From an uncultured Bacilli bacterium (GTDB lineage: Bacteria > Bacillota_I > Bacilli_A > RF39 > UBA660), in contig CANRAF010000003.1 in the NCBI GenBank assembly GCA_947628535.1, positions 22,350 through 86,349 of the forward strand: DNA of 64,000 nt, given 5' to 3'. The notes beneath the pieces were generated by a model that saw nothing but the letters and a program-made list of their open reading frames with translations, did no database searches and was not told the origin of the DNA. Numbering within the stretch: position 1 is the first letter of the stretch; every line of letters begins with the position of its first letter. Made by a program: the position numbers and the translations under genes. This document shows, piece after piece, positions 10,711-19,978 of the stretch.

Positions 10711-12206
10711 AATGCACTCCTCCAATCATATTCAATTATCTCTTCATCAATACTACTATAGATTTCTTGTTTTGTTTTTATTTTAAAGATAAATCCAAGA
10801 AGCTGAATAGTTATAAGAGGGGACATAGCGATTAAAGCTACAAGTCCAAAAGCATCTGTAAATATATTTCCCCCTAAAGCAGAAGATGCTCCAATTGCAA
10901 GAGGCAGGATAAATGTTGCAGTAAGCGGACCACTTACAGAACCTCCAGCATCAAAAGCAATTGATGTAAATATTTTTGGAGAGATAAACATAAGGACTAA
11001 AGCAATAATATAACCAGGTATTAAAAAATATAAAATAGATATACCTGTTGCAATTCTTATTAAAGATAAACAAATTGCTAAAGCCGTTCCTATTGATAAA
11101 GAGATTTGCATCATTGATTTTGAAATAGATCCCTCAGTAATATTTTCAACTTCATTATTTAGAATTTTAACAGCAGGTTCTACTAAAATAATTAAAAATC
11201 CAATTATCATACCAAATGGTAAGAGAAGAGCAAGTTTTTCATGATTTATAAATAATTCTCCAATTTGATAACCTATTTTCATATAACCTACATTAGCACC
11301 TGTTAAAAATAAAGTAAGACCAATAAAAGTTATAATAAATCCTAAAATAATTTTCCTGTTTTCTCTTTTACTAATAGTATCTTTTTTTATTGTTTTAAAT
11401 ATTAAATAGACTATAAAAACAGGAAGAATACAGAATAAAACATCTTTTAAACAAGTAACAAAATTATTTAGATAAGAAGTAATTAAAGGTAAGTTACTTG
11501 TATAAATACTAGCATCATAAGTACTGGTACCATGGAATAAAAGTCCTAAAATAAGAACAGTTATAATTGGACCAATAGAACATAAAGCAATTAAGCCAAA
11601 AGTATCATTTTTTGATTCTTTATCAGTTCTAAATGATGTGAGACCAACTCCTAAAGCTAAAATAAATGGAACGCTTATAGGCCCTGTTGTAACACCACTT
11701 GCATCAAATGCTACAGGGATAAATTCCTGTGGTGAAAAACAAAGGAGAGCAAAAATAATTAAATAACTAATTATTAAAATAGTTCTCATTTCTAATTTAA
11801 ATAATATTTTTATTGCTGAAAGCATTAGAAAAAGACCAATTCCTAGAGACACTACGAGAATTAAAGTTTCCTCTGGTATACTGGTAAGTTGAGTTGCTAG
11901 GACTTTTAAATCAGGTTCAGCCATAGTAATAATAACTCCAATTAAAAAGGTTACTAAAAGAATAATTTTTGTTTTTCTACTGTTTATCAAAGCACTACCA
12001 ATTTTTTCTCCTATTATCATCATTGAAATATCTGCACCAAAGGTAAAAAATGATATACCAATTATCAAAAGAACTGAACTTATAATAAAAGAAAAAACAT
12101 TTTTACTATCTACTCCAAAAAGAAGTGATACGAAAATTATTAATAAAGCAATTGGAATAATTGTAATTGTTGTCTCTTTACAAGATTTTATGAAATTGTT
12201 TATCAT
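10707..12206 (-). CDS. DUF1538 family membrane protein (duplicated domain)
   Basis: AEPDL, AFDASGVTTGP and a second EPAV, AFDAGGSVSGP; multiple TM helices. Confidence 0.88.
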   Translation of the reverse strand: MINNFIKSCKETTITIIPIALLIIFVSLLFGVDSKNVFSFIISSVLLIIGISFFTFGADISMMIIGEKIGSALINSRKTKIILLVTFLIGVIITMAEPDLKVLATQLTSIPEETLILVVSLGIGLFLMLSAIKILFKLEMRTILIISYLIIFALLCFSPQEFIPVAFDASGVTTGPISVPFILALGVGLTSFRTDKESKNDTFGLIALCSIGPIITVLILGLLFHGTSTYDASIYTSNLPLITSYLNNFVTCLKDVLFCILPVFIVYLIFKTIKKDTISKRENRKIILGFIITFIGLTLFLTGANVGYMKIGYQIGELFINHEKLALLLPFGMIIGFLIILVEPAVKILNNEVENITEGSISKSMMQISLSIGTALAICLSLIRIATGISILYFLIPGYIIALVLMFISPKIFTSIAFDAGGSVSGPLTATFILPLAIGASSALGGNIFTDAFGLVALIAMSPLITIQLLGFIFKIKTKQEIYSSIDEEIIEYDWRSAL

Positions 12207-12302
12207 TATACCACCTATTATAAGTTTAACATGAAAATAAAAATTGTTAAAGAAATTTGTTGTTATAAACCTAATTTAAAGATATAATAAAGTTAATAGT
12301 AG

Positions 12303-13559
12303 GTGATTGTTTTGAAAGATATAATAAATAAATTAGAGAAAAAAGAGATTTTAACTTATGAAGAATTAGATAAATTATTTACTGGATATTTAAAAGGAAA
12401 AGTAAATGATAAAGATATGACTTCAGTTTTAAAACTTATATGTAAAAACTCTCTTACTAGGGAAGAAGTATTTAATCTTACAGATATTTTTATTAAAAGC
12501 GGGGATGTTTTTTTAAAAAATTTATCTTTTATTGATAAACATTCAACAGGAGGAGTAGGAGATAAAACAACACTTATTGTTCTTCCTATTTTAGCAAGTT
12601 TAGGAATTAAAATTTCTAAGATGAGTGGTAAGGCTTTAGGGTATACAGGAGGCACTATTGATAAGTTAAATAGTATTGGAGTTAAAACTGATCTAACTAA
12701 GAAAGAATTTTATGACACAATTGGTAAAGTTAATATGGTTATATCTTCTCAAACTGATAATTTGTGTCCTCTTGACAAAAAGGTTTATGCTCTTCGTGAT
12801 GTAACAGGTACTACTAATTCTGTTCCTTTAATTGCTGTTAGTATTATGAGTAAAAAAATTGCTAGTGGTGCTGGTAAGATTTTAATTGATATAAAAGTTG
12901 GAAGAGGAGCATTAGTTGAAAATAAAAAAGATGCTTTAGAACTTGCTCATTTAATGATTGATATTGGGAAAAAATATGGCCGTGAAGTTAAATGTTTGCT
13001 TACTAAAATGGATAATCCTTTAGGAAGTAATATTGGAAATAAACTAGAAGTAATGGAAGTAGTTGATATTTTAAAAAATGGTAAAGAAAATAATCTTAGT
13101 TTTTTATGTACTGAAATGGCTTCTATTATGTATAAAATGATGAAAAAAGTTTCTTTAGATGTAGCAAGAGAAAAAGTAAAAGATGTTCTTAAAAATGGTA
13201 AAGCCTATGAAACGTTTATTAAATTTGTAAATTTACAAGGGGGCTTTATAAAAGATGAAGAACTTAAATATAAAGAAATTAAATCAGTTAAATCTGGTTT
13301 TATAAAGAGTATTGATAGTAGACTTATAGGAAAAAGCTCTATGGCGCTTGGAGCTGGAAGAGTTAAAAAAAATGATAAGATAAACTATGATGCTGGTATA
13401 ATACTACAAAAAAGGGTAGGAGACTATGTTAGAAAAGGTGAGGTATTATGCTATCTTTATGGAAAAGATATAAATCATAATGATATTTATGATGCTTATA
13501 AATTTTCATTTTTCAAACCTTTAAAAGAAAAAATCATAATTGATTTGATAGAAGAATAA
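12303..13559 (+). CDS. pdp: Pyrimidine-nucleoside/thymidine phosphorylase
   Basis: DKHSTGGVGDKT, KMSG.ALG.TGGT.DKL, YALRDVT; exact start uncertain. Confidence 0.93.
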   Translation: MIVLKDIINKLEKKEILTYEELDKLFTGYLKGKVNDKDMTSVLKLICKNSLTREEVFNLTDIFIKSGDVFLKNLSFIDKHSTGGVGDKTTLIVLPILASLGIKISKMSGKALGYTGGTIDKLNSIGVKTDLTKKEFYDTIGKVNMVISSQTDNLCPLDKKVYALRDVTGTTNSVPLIAVSIMSKKIASGAGKILIDIKVGRGALVENKKDALELAHLMIDIGKKYGREVKCLLTKMDNPLGSNIGNKLEVMEVVDILKNGKENNLSFLCTEMASIMYKMMKKVSLDVAREKVKDVLKNGKAYETFIKFVNLQGGFIKDEELKYKEIKSVKSGFIKSIDSRLIGKSSMALGAGRVKKNDKINYDAGIILQKRVGDYVRKGEVLCYLYGKDINHNDIYDAYKFSFFKPLKEKIIIDLIEE

Positions 13560-13610
13560 CATTGTAATAAACGATTTCTTATGATATAATTTAGCTAGGA
13601 GTGATGTTAA

Positions 13611-13964
13611 ATGAGTAAATTTTGTTCTAATTGTGGTACTGAAATTAAGAAAGGTGCTTCGTTTTGTTCAAACTGCGGAAAAGAATTAAAAGAGGCGACT
13701 TCAGTAAGTCAAGAAGAAACTCAAACTGAATATGTTCAAAAATCAAGACTTGCAGGCGGTCTTTTAGGAGTCTTTTTAGGATCTCTTGGGGTACACAATT
13801 TTTATTTAGGTTATACTGGTAAAGCCGTAGCACAACTTTTAATTACTGTTCTTTCATGTTGGTTTCTATTTCCTGTATCAGGAATTTGGGGATTAATTGA
13901 AGGAATACTTATTTTGACTGGTTCAATTAATGTTGATGCTGAAGGAAGAAAATTAATTGACTAA
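13611..13964 (+). CDS. Double zinc-ribbon + TM2 domain protein
   Basis: FCSNCG twice; KSRLAGGLLGVFLG.LGVHNFYLG. Confidence 0.88.
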   Translation: MSKFCSNCGTEIKKGASFCSNCGKELKEATSVSQEETQTEYVQKSRLAGGLLGVFLGSLGVHNFYLGYTGKAVAQLLITVLSCWFLFPVSGIWGLIEGILILTGSINVDAEGRKLID

Positions 13965-14325
13965 AGAATATAAATTTATTTTATTTATAATGCTAATACT
14001 ACTTGTATTTGGAATACTAGTAGTATTTGTTTTTGATGTAAACTGTATTTTTAAAAGTATTTTTTCTATTAGTTGCCCAGGATGTGGACTTACAAGAGGT
14101 TTTAGAGAACTTTTTTCAGGTAATATTATTGGGGCATTTTATTATAATATTTTAACAGTTCCTATTTTTGTATTTTTAGTTTTGTTTGTAATTTTATTTT
14201 TAATTGATATTTTTAAAAACAAAAGATATTTAATTAATTATTTAAAGTTTTTTGAAAGACATTATGTTTTTATTATTTTATTAGTAATCTTAAGTTTTAT
14301 AATTAATATTTTAAAAGATATTTAA
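13957..14325 (+). CDS. DUF2752 family membrane protein
   Basis: CIF......CPGCGLTR....L..G....A..YN motif. Confidence 0.85.
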   Translation: MTKEYKFILFIMLILLVFGILVVFVFDVNCIFKSIFSISCPGCGLTRGFRELFSGNIIGAFYYNILTVPIFVFLVLFVILFLIDIFKNKRYLINYLKFFERHYVFIILLVILSFIINILKDI

Positions 14326-14333
14326 AAAGAGCA

Positions 14334-15788
14334 TTAAGCTCTTTTTATGTCTATAACATAAGGAGAAGTTTTGTCTTTGGTGTTATAAAATTTTTCAAAT
14401 CTATAATTTTTATTACTTTTTAGATATTTTATTACTTCTTTACTTTCTTTAAGACCTTCTTCATGCCCTGGATATATTACCATTACAATATGGCCTTTTC
14501 TGTTTAATAATTTAAACCCTTCTTCAATTGCTTTAATAGTAGATTTATAATTTGTAGTGATAGGGCTTTTACTTTTTGGAAGATATCCAAGATTAAATAC
14601 AATTAAACTTATTTTATTTTGATAATCTTTTAATATTTTTGCTATGTTTTCATGACTAGTTTGAAATAATTCATAATTACTATATTCTTTTAAAAGCATT
14701 TTACTTTTAATAATTGCTTCTTTTTGAATGTCGAAACCAAATAATTTTCCTTTTTTAATATGTGGTAGTAAAAATAAACTATCTTTACCATTGCCTAATG
14801 TAGCATCAATTACTAAATCTTTTTCTTTTAAATTTTCAAGCATTAAATTTCTGGCTTTATTTAAAATACTTAAATTAAAACCTTGATAGGTATTTTTTTC
14901 TTTTAACTTTTTATCAATATCATTTAAAACAGTAAATTTTTTAAGAGTCCATAGAGGCGCAATTAAATCTTCTTTTATAGGATCACCTGTGAGTCTACAA
15001 ATTACAACGTTTTCATTTAAGTTTTCAATTTGACTTGTAGTTATGTCAATATATTCTTCTTTTGTAAGAATATGAAAAGGTTTTTCTTTATATAACTTTT
15101 CAAGTTTAGTGCCCTTTAAAATTTGAAGCATATGAATTTTTATTCCATCTATTTTAAGTTTATTTAAATATTTTACAGTTTCAAGCATCATTTCTTTAGT
15201 TTCATAAGGCAAACCATTTATAATATGAACTATAACTTTGATACCTGATTTTTTAAGTAATTTATAAGTTTCTTCAAATTCTTCTAAAGTGTGCCCTCTA
15301 TTTATTAAAATAGATGTTTTATCGTGAATTGTTTGAAGTCCTAATTCAATAGTTAAATCAGTTTTTTTATTTAATTCTTTTAAATAGTTTAGACATTCTC
15401 TGGAAATGGCATCAGGACGAGTAGCAATATTTATTCCAAGAACATCTTCATAAGTTAAAACTTCTTCAAATGATTTTTTAAGATAGTTTAAATCTCCATA
15501 GGTATTGGTATTATTTTGAAAATAAGCAATATATTTAGCATTTTTCCATTTTTTATGTAAAACAGTTTTTACTTCTTCAAATTGAATTTTTAAAGGTTTT
15601 TTATAATCATTTATACTTGTTTTACTACCATTTTTACAGAAAATACAGCCACCATAACCTTTAGTGCCATCAATATTAGGACAGGTTAAGTTTAAATCAA
15701 GAGTAACTTTAAAAACTTTAGTACCGTATTTTTCTTTATAATAAGAATCTAAAGTATAGTATCTTTTGTTTTTGTCTAAATATTTCAT
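14334..15788 (-). CDS. Fused TIGR01212 radical SAM (YtqA/MnmL-like) + class I SAM methyltransferase (YtqB/MnmM-like)
   Basis: CX11CX2C, YFQ..TNTY, TRPD, ELGLQ, KIH, RLTGD, then DATLGNG.D, FNLGYLP, YPGH.EG in one ORF. Confidence 0.88.
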   Translation of the reverse strand: MKYLDKNKRYYTLDSYYKEKYGTKVFKVTLDLNLTCPNIDGTKGYGGCIFCKNGSKTSINDYKKPLKIQFEEVKTVLHKKWKNAKYIAYFQNNTNTYGDLNYLKKSFEEVLTYEDVLGINIATRPDAISRECLNYLKELNKKTDLTIELGLQTIHDKTSILINRGHTLEEFEETYKLLKKSGIKVIVHIINGLPYETKEMMLETVKYLNKLKIDGIKIHMLQILKGTKLEKLYKEKPFHILTKEEYIDITTSQIENLNENVVICRLTGDPIKEDLIAPLWTLKKFTVLNDIDKKLKEKNTYQGFNLSILNKARNLMLENLKEKDLVIDATLGNGKDSLFLLPHIKKGKLFGFDIQKEAIIKSKMLLKEYSNYELFQTSHENIAKILKDYQNKISLIVFNLGYLPKSKSPITTNYKSTIKAIEEGFKLLNRKGHIVMVIYPGHEEGLKESKEVIKYLKSNKNYRFEKFYNTKDKTSPYVIDIKRA

Positions 15789-15858
15789 AAAAACCTCCAA
15801 CAGTATTATAAATAAAACCATAAAAAAATACAAATAATTTATTTCTTATTTGTATTTG

Positions 15859-16869
15859 TTATTTAAGTTTTCTAACCTTTGGGAAAGATTCTACTTCTAA
15901 CTTTTGATTATTACAACTATTTCCATTATGTTTTAGTTTAGAAGTATATTCACCAATTTTAAATATTTCATCTTCAGTTATTAATATATGATTGATAAAA
16001 CAACTTTCAATATGACCAAATTTATCAAATGTAAGTTCCATATCTAACATTTGGGGCATATAAAGATGACCATGATTCATATCGATACTACACATAGCAG
16101 GAGCATGTATAACTAAATTATTGCTGTCATAAAAATGTAGTTTATTCATGTGACTTCCGCCTTTTATACATATATTAGCGTCATATGATTTAGCTTGTAT
16201 TTCACTAATTTTGTGATATATAGAAAGTTTATCTTTTTTAATACTTACAGTACCATATGCAAAACCAATTGGAACAATATCTTGTCTTCTTGCTTTTAAA
16301 ACTTCTTCAATATTTAATCCTTGTTCTTTGAAAATATGAGTATCATGGTTTCCTAAAAGTGTAAAGTTTAAAATATTTTTATCAAAAGGGTAATTTTCAA
16401 TTAGGTAACTGACTTGATCGTATAAATTTTTAATTTTAGGAGAGGCCATTGTTCCACCAGCTCCTTCTACTAAATCACCACCATTAATTATGACGTGAAT
16501 ATTATTTTTTATGCAGTAATCATAAGCGTCGTTTAAAGCTTTTATATTATCTTCGCTGGATCCTATATGAGTGTCAGATATTATTATCATTCTCGCAGTG
16601 TCATCATTTTTTAAAGTTATAATATCAACATTATTTTCTTCTTTTGTCTCTGTTAATGTTTTCATATTTCTTTTTTTTAAAAGAGTTTGACCATTTATAA
16701 AGTATTTTCTATTAAAATCAAAACCTTGGTTTTTTAAAATATTTAATCTATTATAGAGTTGTTTATGAGTTATATTTAAATCGCTTGCAATATCATTAAT
16801 GGTATACCCACTGTTTATTAATTCCAGGATTCTTAAAGAACTTTCACTTAATCTTGTAACTTTATTCAT
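15859..16869 (-). CDS. N-terminal HTH + calcineurin-like metallophosphoesterase
   Basis: ISDTH, GGDL, GNHD motifs; N-terminal IA..LNIT.KQLY.RL helix-turn-helix. Confidence 0.8.
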   Translation of the reverse strand: MNKVTRLSESSLRILELINSGYTINDIASDLNITHKQLYNRLNILKNQGFDFNRKYFINGQTLLKKRNMKTLTETKEENNVDIITLKNDDTARMIIISDTHIGSSEDNIKALNDAYDYCIKNNIHVIINGGDLVEGAGGTMASPKIKNLYDQVSYLIENYPFDKNILNFTLLGNHDTHIFKEQGLNIEEVLKARRQDIVPIGFAYGTVSIKKDKLSIYHKISEIQAKSYDANICIKGGSHMNKLHFYDSNNLVIHAPAMCSIDMNHGHLYMPQMLDMELTFDKFGHIESCFINHILITEDEIFKIGEYTSKLKHNGNSCNNQKLEVESFPKVRKLK

Positions 16870-16915
16870 TGTAACAACTCCTTATGTGCAATTAATGCGT
16901 ATAAATGTAGTTGTT

Positions 16916-16944
16916 ATTATAATTATTAAATGAAATGTTGTCAA
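16916..16944 (-). promoter_or_regulatory. consensus sigma-A promoter TTGACA-N17-TATAAT
   Basis: Perfect match on the minus strand upstream of the metallophosphoesterase. Confidence 0.8.
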
Positions 16945-17067
16945 CAGGATTTTATTTATTAAGGGATATTATTTTTTAATGTTAAAATTTATTTATTTTT
17001 AATATTTACTATTTTTATTAAATTTATTATAATAAAGGGGAAATGTTTCTATTTAGGAGTTGAGATT

Positions 17068-17433
17068 ATGAATTTTTATTTTTTAGTTATGCAGTTTTCT
17101 ATAGCTGTAGTGTTGGTACTTCTGTATTATTATTTTTTTGAATTTTCTAAATCGGATAATTATACTAAAAAAAATATTCCTGTTGATTTGAAGTTTTTTA
17201 TAGAAACTCAAAAAATAAATGTTAGAAAAATAAAATATAAAAAACTTATTAGAATTTTAGCATTTATTAATGCAGTTGATGTAGGAATTGTTCTCTTAAT
17301 TACTAATCTAGTTAGCAATTTACTTTTGAAACTTTTAATTGCTATACCATTTATATTTATTGTTTTATATGCAAGTTATAATTTTGCAGGATATATTTTT
17401 AAAAAGAAAGGATTGACTATTGATGAATCATAA
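17068..17433 (+). CDS. small membrane protein
   Basis: About 3 hydrophobic segments; overlaps the leuS start. Confidence 0.65.
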   Translation: MNFYFLVMQFSIAVVLVLLYYYFFEFSKSDNYTKKNIPVDLKFFIETQKINVRKIKYKKLIRILAFINAVDVGIVLLITNLVSNLLLKLLIAIPFIFIVLYASYNFAGYIFKKKGLTIDES

Positions 17434-19834
17434 ACAAATAGAAGAAAAATGGCAAAAATATTGGGAAGAAAATGAAACATTTAAGACTGATATTTGGGAT
17501 TTTGAAAAACCTAAGTTTTATGCTCTTGATATGTTTCCTTATCCTTCAGGAGTAGGACTTCATGCAGGACATCCTGAGGGTTATACGGCAACAGATATAG
17601 TTTCTCGTATGAAAAGAATGCAAGGATATAATGTTCTTCATCCAATGGGGTTTGACTCATTTGGTCTTCCTGCAGAGCAATATGCTGTAAATACAGGGAA
17701 TCATCCATCAGGATTTACTGAAGAAAATATTAAAACTTTTACTAAACAATTAAAAATGCTTGGATTTGATTTTGACTGGAGTAGAGTACTTGCTACAAGT
17801 GATCCAAAATATTATAAATGGACTCAATGGATTTTTAAGAAACTTTATGAAGATGGACTTGCTAAACTTATAGATATGCCTGTTAATTGGTGTGAAGAAC
17901 TTGGAACAGTTCTTGCCAATGACGAAGTAATAGATGGAAAAAGTGAACGTGGAGGTTTTCCTGTTGTTAGAAAAAATATGAAGCAATGGGTAATTGATAT
18001 ACCAAAATATGCTGAAAGATTACTCGAAGGACTTGATGAAATAGATTGGCCAGAATCAACTAAGGAAATTCAAAGAAACTGGATTGGAAAAAGTAATGGA
18101 GCAGAAGTTACTTTTAAAGTAGCAGGAACTTCTAAAGATTTTACAGTTTATACTACAAGACCTGATACACTTTTCGGAGCTACTTACTGTGTGCTTGCTC
18201 CAGAACATGATTTAGTAGATGAAATAACAACTGATAAACAAAAAGAAGAAGTAGAAAAATATAAAGCAGAATGTGCTACAAAAAGTGAACTTGAAAGAAC
18301 AGAACTTAATAAAGATAAAACAGGAGTGTTTACAGGTGCTTATGCAATTAATCCTGTTAATGATGAAGAAATTCCTATTTGGATTAGTGATTATGTTTTA
18401 GCATCTTATGGAACAGGGGCTATTATGGCAGTACCTGCTCATGATGAAAGAGATTATGAGTTTGCTAAAAAATTTGATATACCAATTATTCAAGTTTTAG
18501 AAGAAATAAAGGATGAATCAAATCAAAAATCCATTGAAAATGGTGCAATGGTTGGTGATGGAATTCATATTAATTCATCTTTCTTAAATGGTCTTAATAA
18601 GGATGAAGCAATAGAAAAAATAATTTCTTTCCTTGAAGAAAAGAAATGTGGTAGAAGAAAAACTAATTATAGAATTAGAGAATGGATTTTTGCTCGTCAA
18701 AGATATTGGGGAGAACCGGTACCAATCGTTTATTTAGAAGATGGTTCTATGAAAGCTTTAGATGATAAAGATCTTCCTTTAATTCTCCCTGAAATGGAAG
18801 ATTATAAAGGTAAAAATGGTAAGGCTCCTCTTGATAATGCTGAAGAATGGAAAAATGTTGTTATTGATGGTAAGAAAGGTGTTAGAGAAACATCTACTAT
18901 GCCGGGATCTGCTGGGTCATCATGGTATTTCTTAAGATATATTGATCCACATAACGATGATGCTTTTGCAGACCCAAAATTATTAAAACACTGGATGCCT
19001 GTTGATTTATATGTAGGTGGTCCTGAACATGCTGTTGGACATTTACTATATTCTAGAATGTGGAATAATTATCTATATGATAAAGGTTTAGTACCTGTTA
19101 AAGAACCATTTAAAAAACTAGTCCATCAAGGAATGATTCTTGGATCAAATGGTTTAAAAATGGGCAAGAGATTTCCTGAATTTGTTATTAATCCAAATGA
19201 TATTGTAAGAGATTATGGTGCTGACACTCTTAGATTATATGAAATGTTTATGGGACCTTTAGAGGCCGATAAACCTTGGAATGATCGTGGTGTTGAGGGG
19301 GCTCATAAATTCTTAGAGAGAATTTGGCGTCTGTATACAGAAGATAATAAAATTAAAGATGAAGAAAACAAAAATTTAGATAAGGTTTATAATGAAACTG
19401 TTAAAAAGGTTACTCTTGATTATGAAACACTTAATTTTAATACTGCTATCAGTCAAATGATGATATTTATAAATAGTGTTTATAAAGAAAATATTTTCCC
19501 AAGAAAATATGCACTTAACTTTTTAAAACTTTTAAATCCAGTATGTCCTCATATTACTGAAGAACTTTGGGAAAGAATGGGTAATAAGGATACTATTGCG
19601 TATGAAAAATGGCCAGAGTTTGACGAAAGTAAACTTGTAGAAGATGAAAAACAAATTGCTGTTCAAGTAAATGGTAAGGTGCGTGGGGAAATTACTATTA
19701 ATACATCACTTACAGAAGATGAGATAAAGGAAAAAGCTTTAAATCATGAAAATGTAAAGAAACATATTTCAGGAAAAGAAGTTGTAAAAGTAATTGTTAT
19801 TAAAGGAAAAATAATAAATATAGTAGTTAAGTAG
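17423..19834 (+). CDS. leuS: Leucine--tRNA ligase
   Basis: MFPYPSG.GLHAGH, TTRPDT editing domain, RQRYWG, KMGKR (KMSKS variant), VQVNGK. Confidence 0.98.
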   Translation: MNHKQIEEKWQKYWEENETFKTDIWDFEKPKFYALDMFPYPSGVGLHAGHPEGYTATDIVSRMKRMQGYNVLHPMGFDSFGLPAEQYAVNTGNHPSGFTEENIKTFTKQLKMLGFDFDWSRVLATSDPKYYKWTQWIFKKLYEDGLAKLIDMPVNWCEELGTVLANDEVIDGKSERGGFPVVRKNMKQWVIDIPKYAERLLEGLDEIDWPESTKEIQRNWIGKSNGAEVTFKVAGTSKDFTVYTTRPDTLFGATYCVLAPEHDLVDEITTDKQKEEVEKYKAECATKSELERTELNKDKTGVFTGAYAINPVNDEEIPIWISDYVLASYGTGAIMAVPAHDERDYEFAKKFDIPIIQVLEEIKDESNQKSIENGAMVGDGIHINSSFLNGLNKDEAIEKIISFLEEKKCGRRKTNYRIREWIFARQRYWGEPVPIVYLEDGSMKALDDKDLPLILPEMEDYKGKNGKAPLDNAEEWKNVVIDGKKGVRETSTMPGSAGSSWYFLRYIDPHNDDAFADPKLLKHWMPVDLYVGGPEHAVGHLLYSRMWNNYLYDKGLVPVKEPFKKLVHQGMILGSNGLKMGKRFPEFVINPNDIVRDYGADTLRLYEMFMGPLEADKPWNDRGVEGAHKFLERIWRLYTEDNKIKDEENKNLDKVYNETVKKVTLDYETLNFNTAISQMMIFINSVYKENIFPRKYALNFLKLLNPVCPHITEELWERMGNKDTIAYEKWPEFDESKLVEDEKQIAVQVNGKVRGEITINTSLTEDEIKEKALNHENVKKHISGKEVVKVIVIKGKIINIVVK

Positions 19835-19978
19835 GATTTCAGGGATTTAATCCTTATAATAAATGGTAATTTTGATTTGGTTAAATAAAGTTAAGTTTTA
19901 TAACTTAGCTTTTTTTATTTACGTTTTTATGTTATAATTTAGATACTATAATTAATAAAATTAGAATAAGGAGGATTT

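Noticed and set aside
16945-17422. T-box riboswitch upstream of leuS
   Set aside because: No AAnnnGGGTGGnACCGCG T-box motif recognised; the region is AT-rich and mostly occupied by a membrane-protein ORF.
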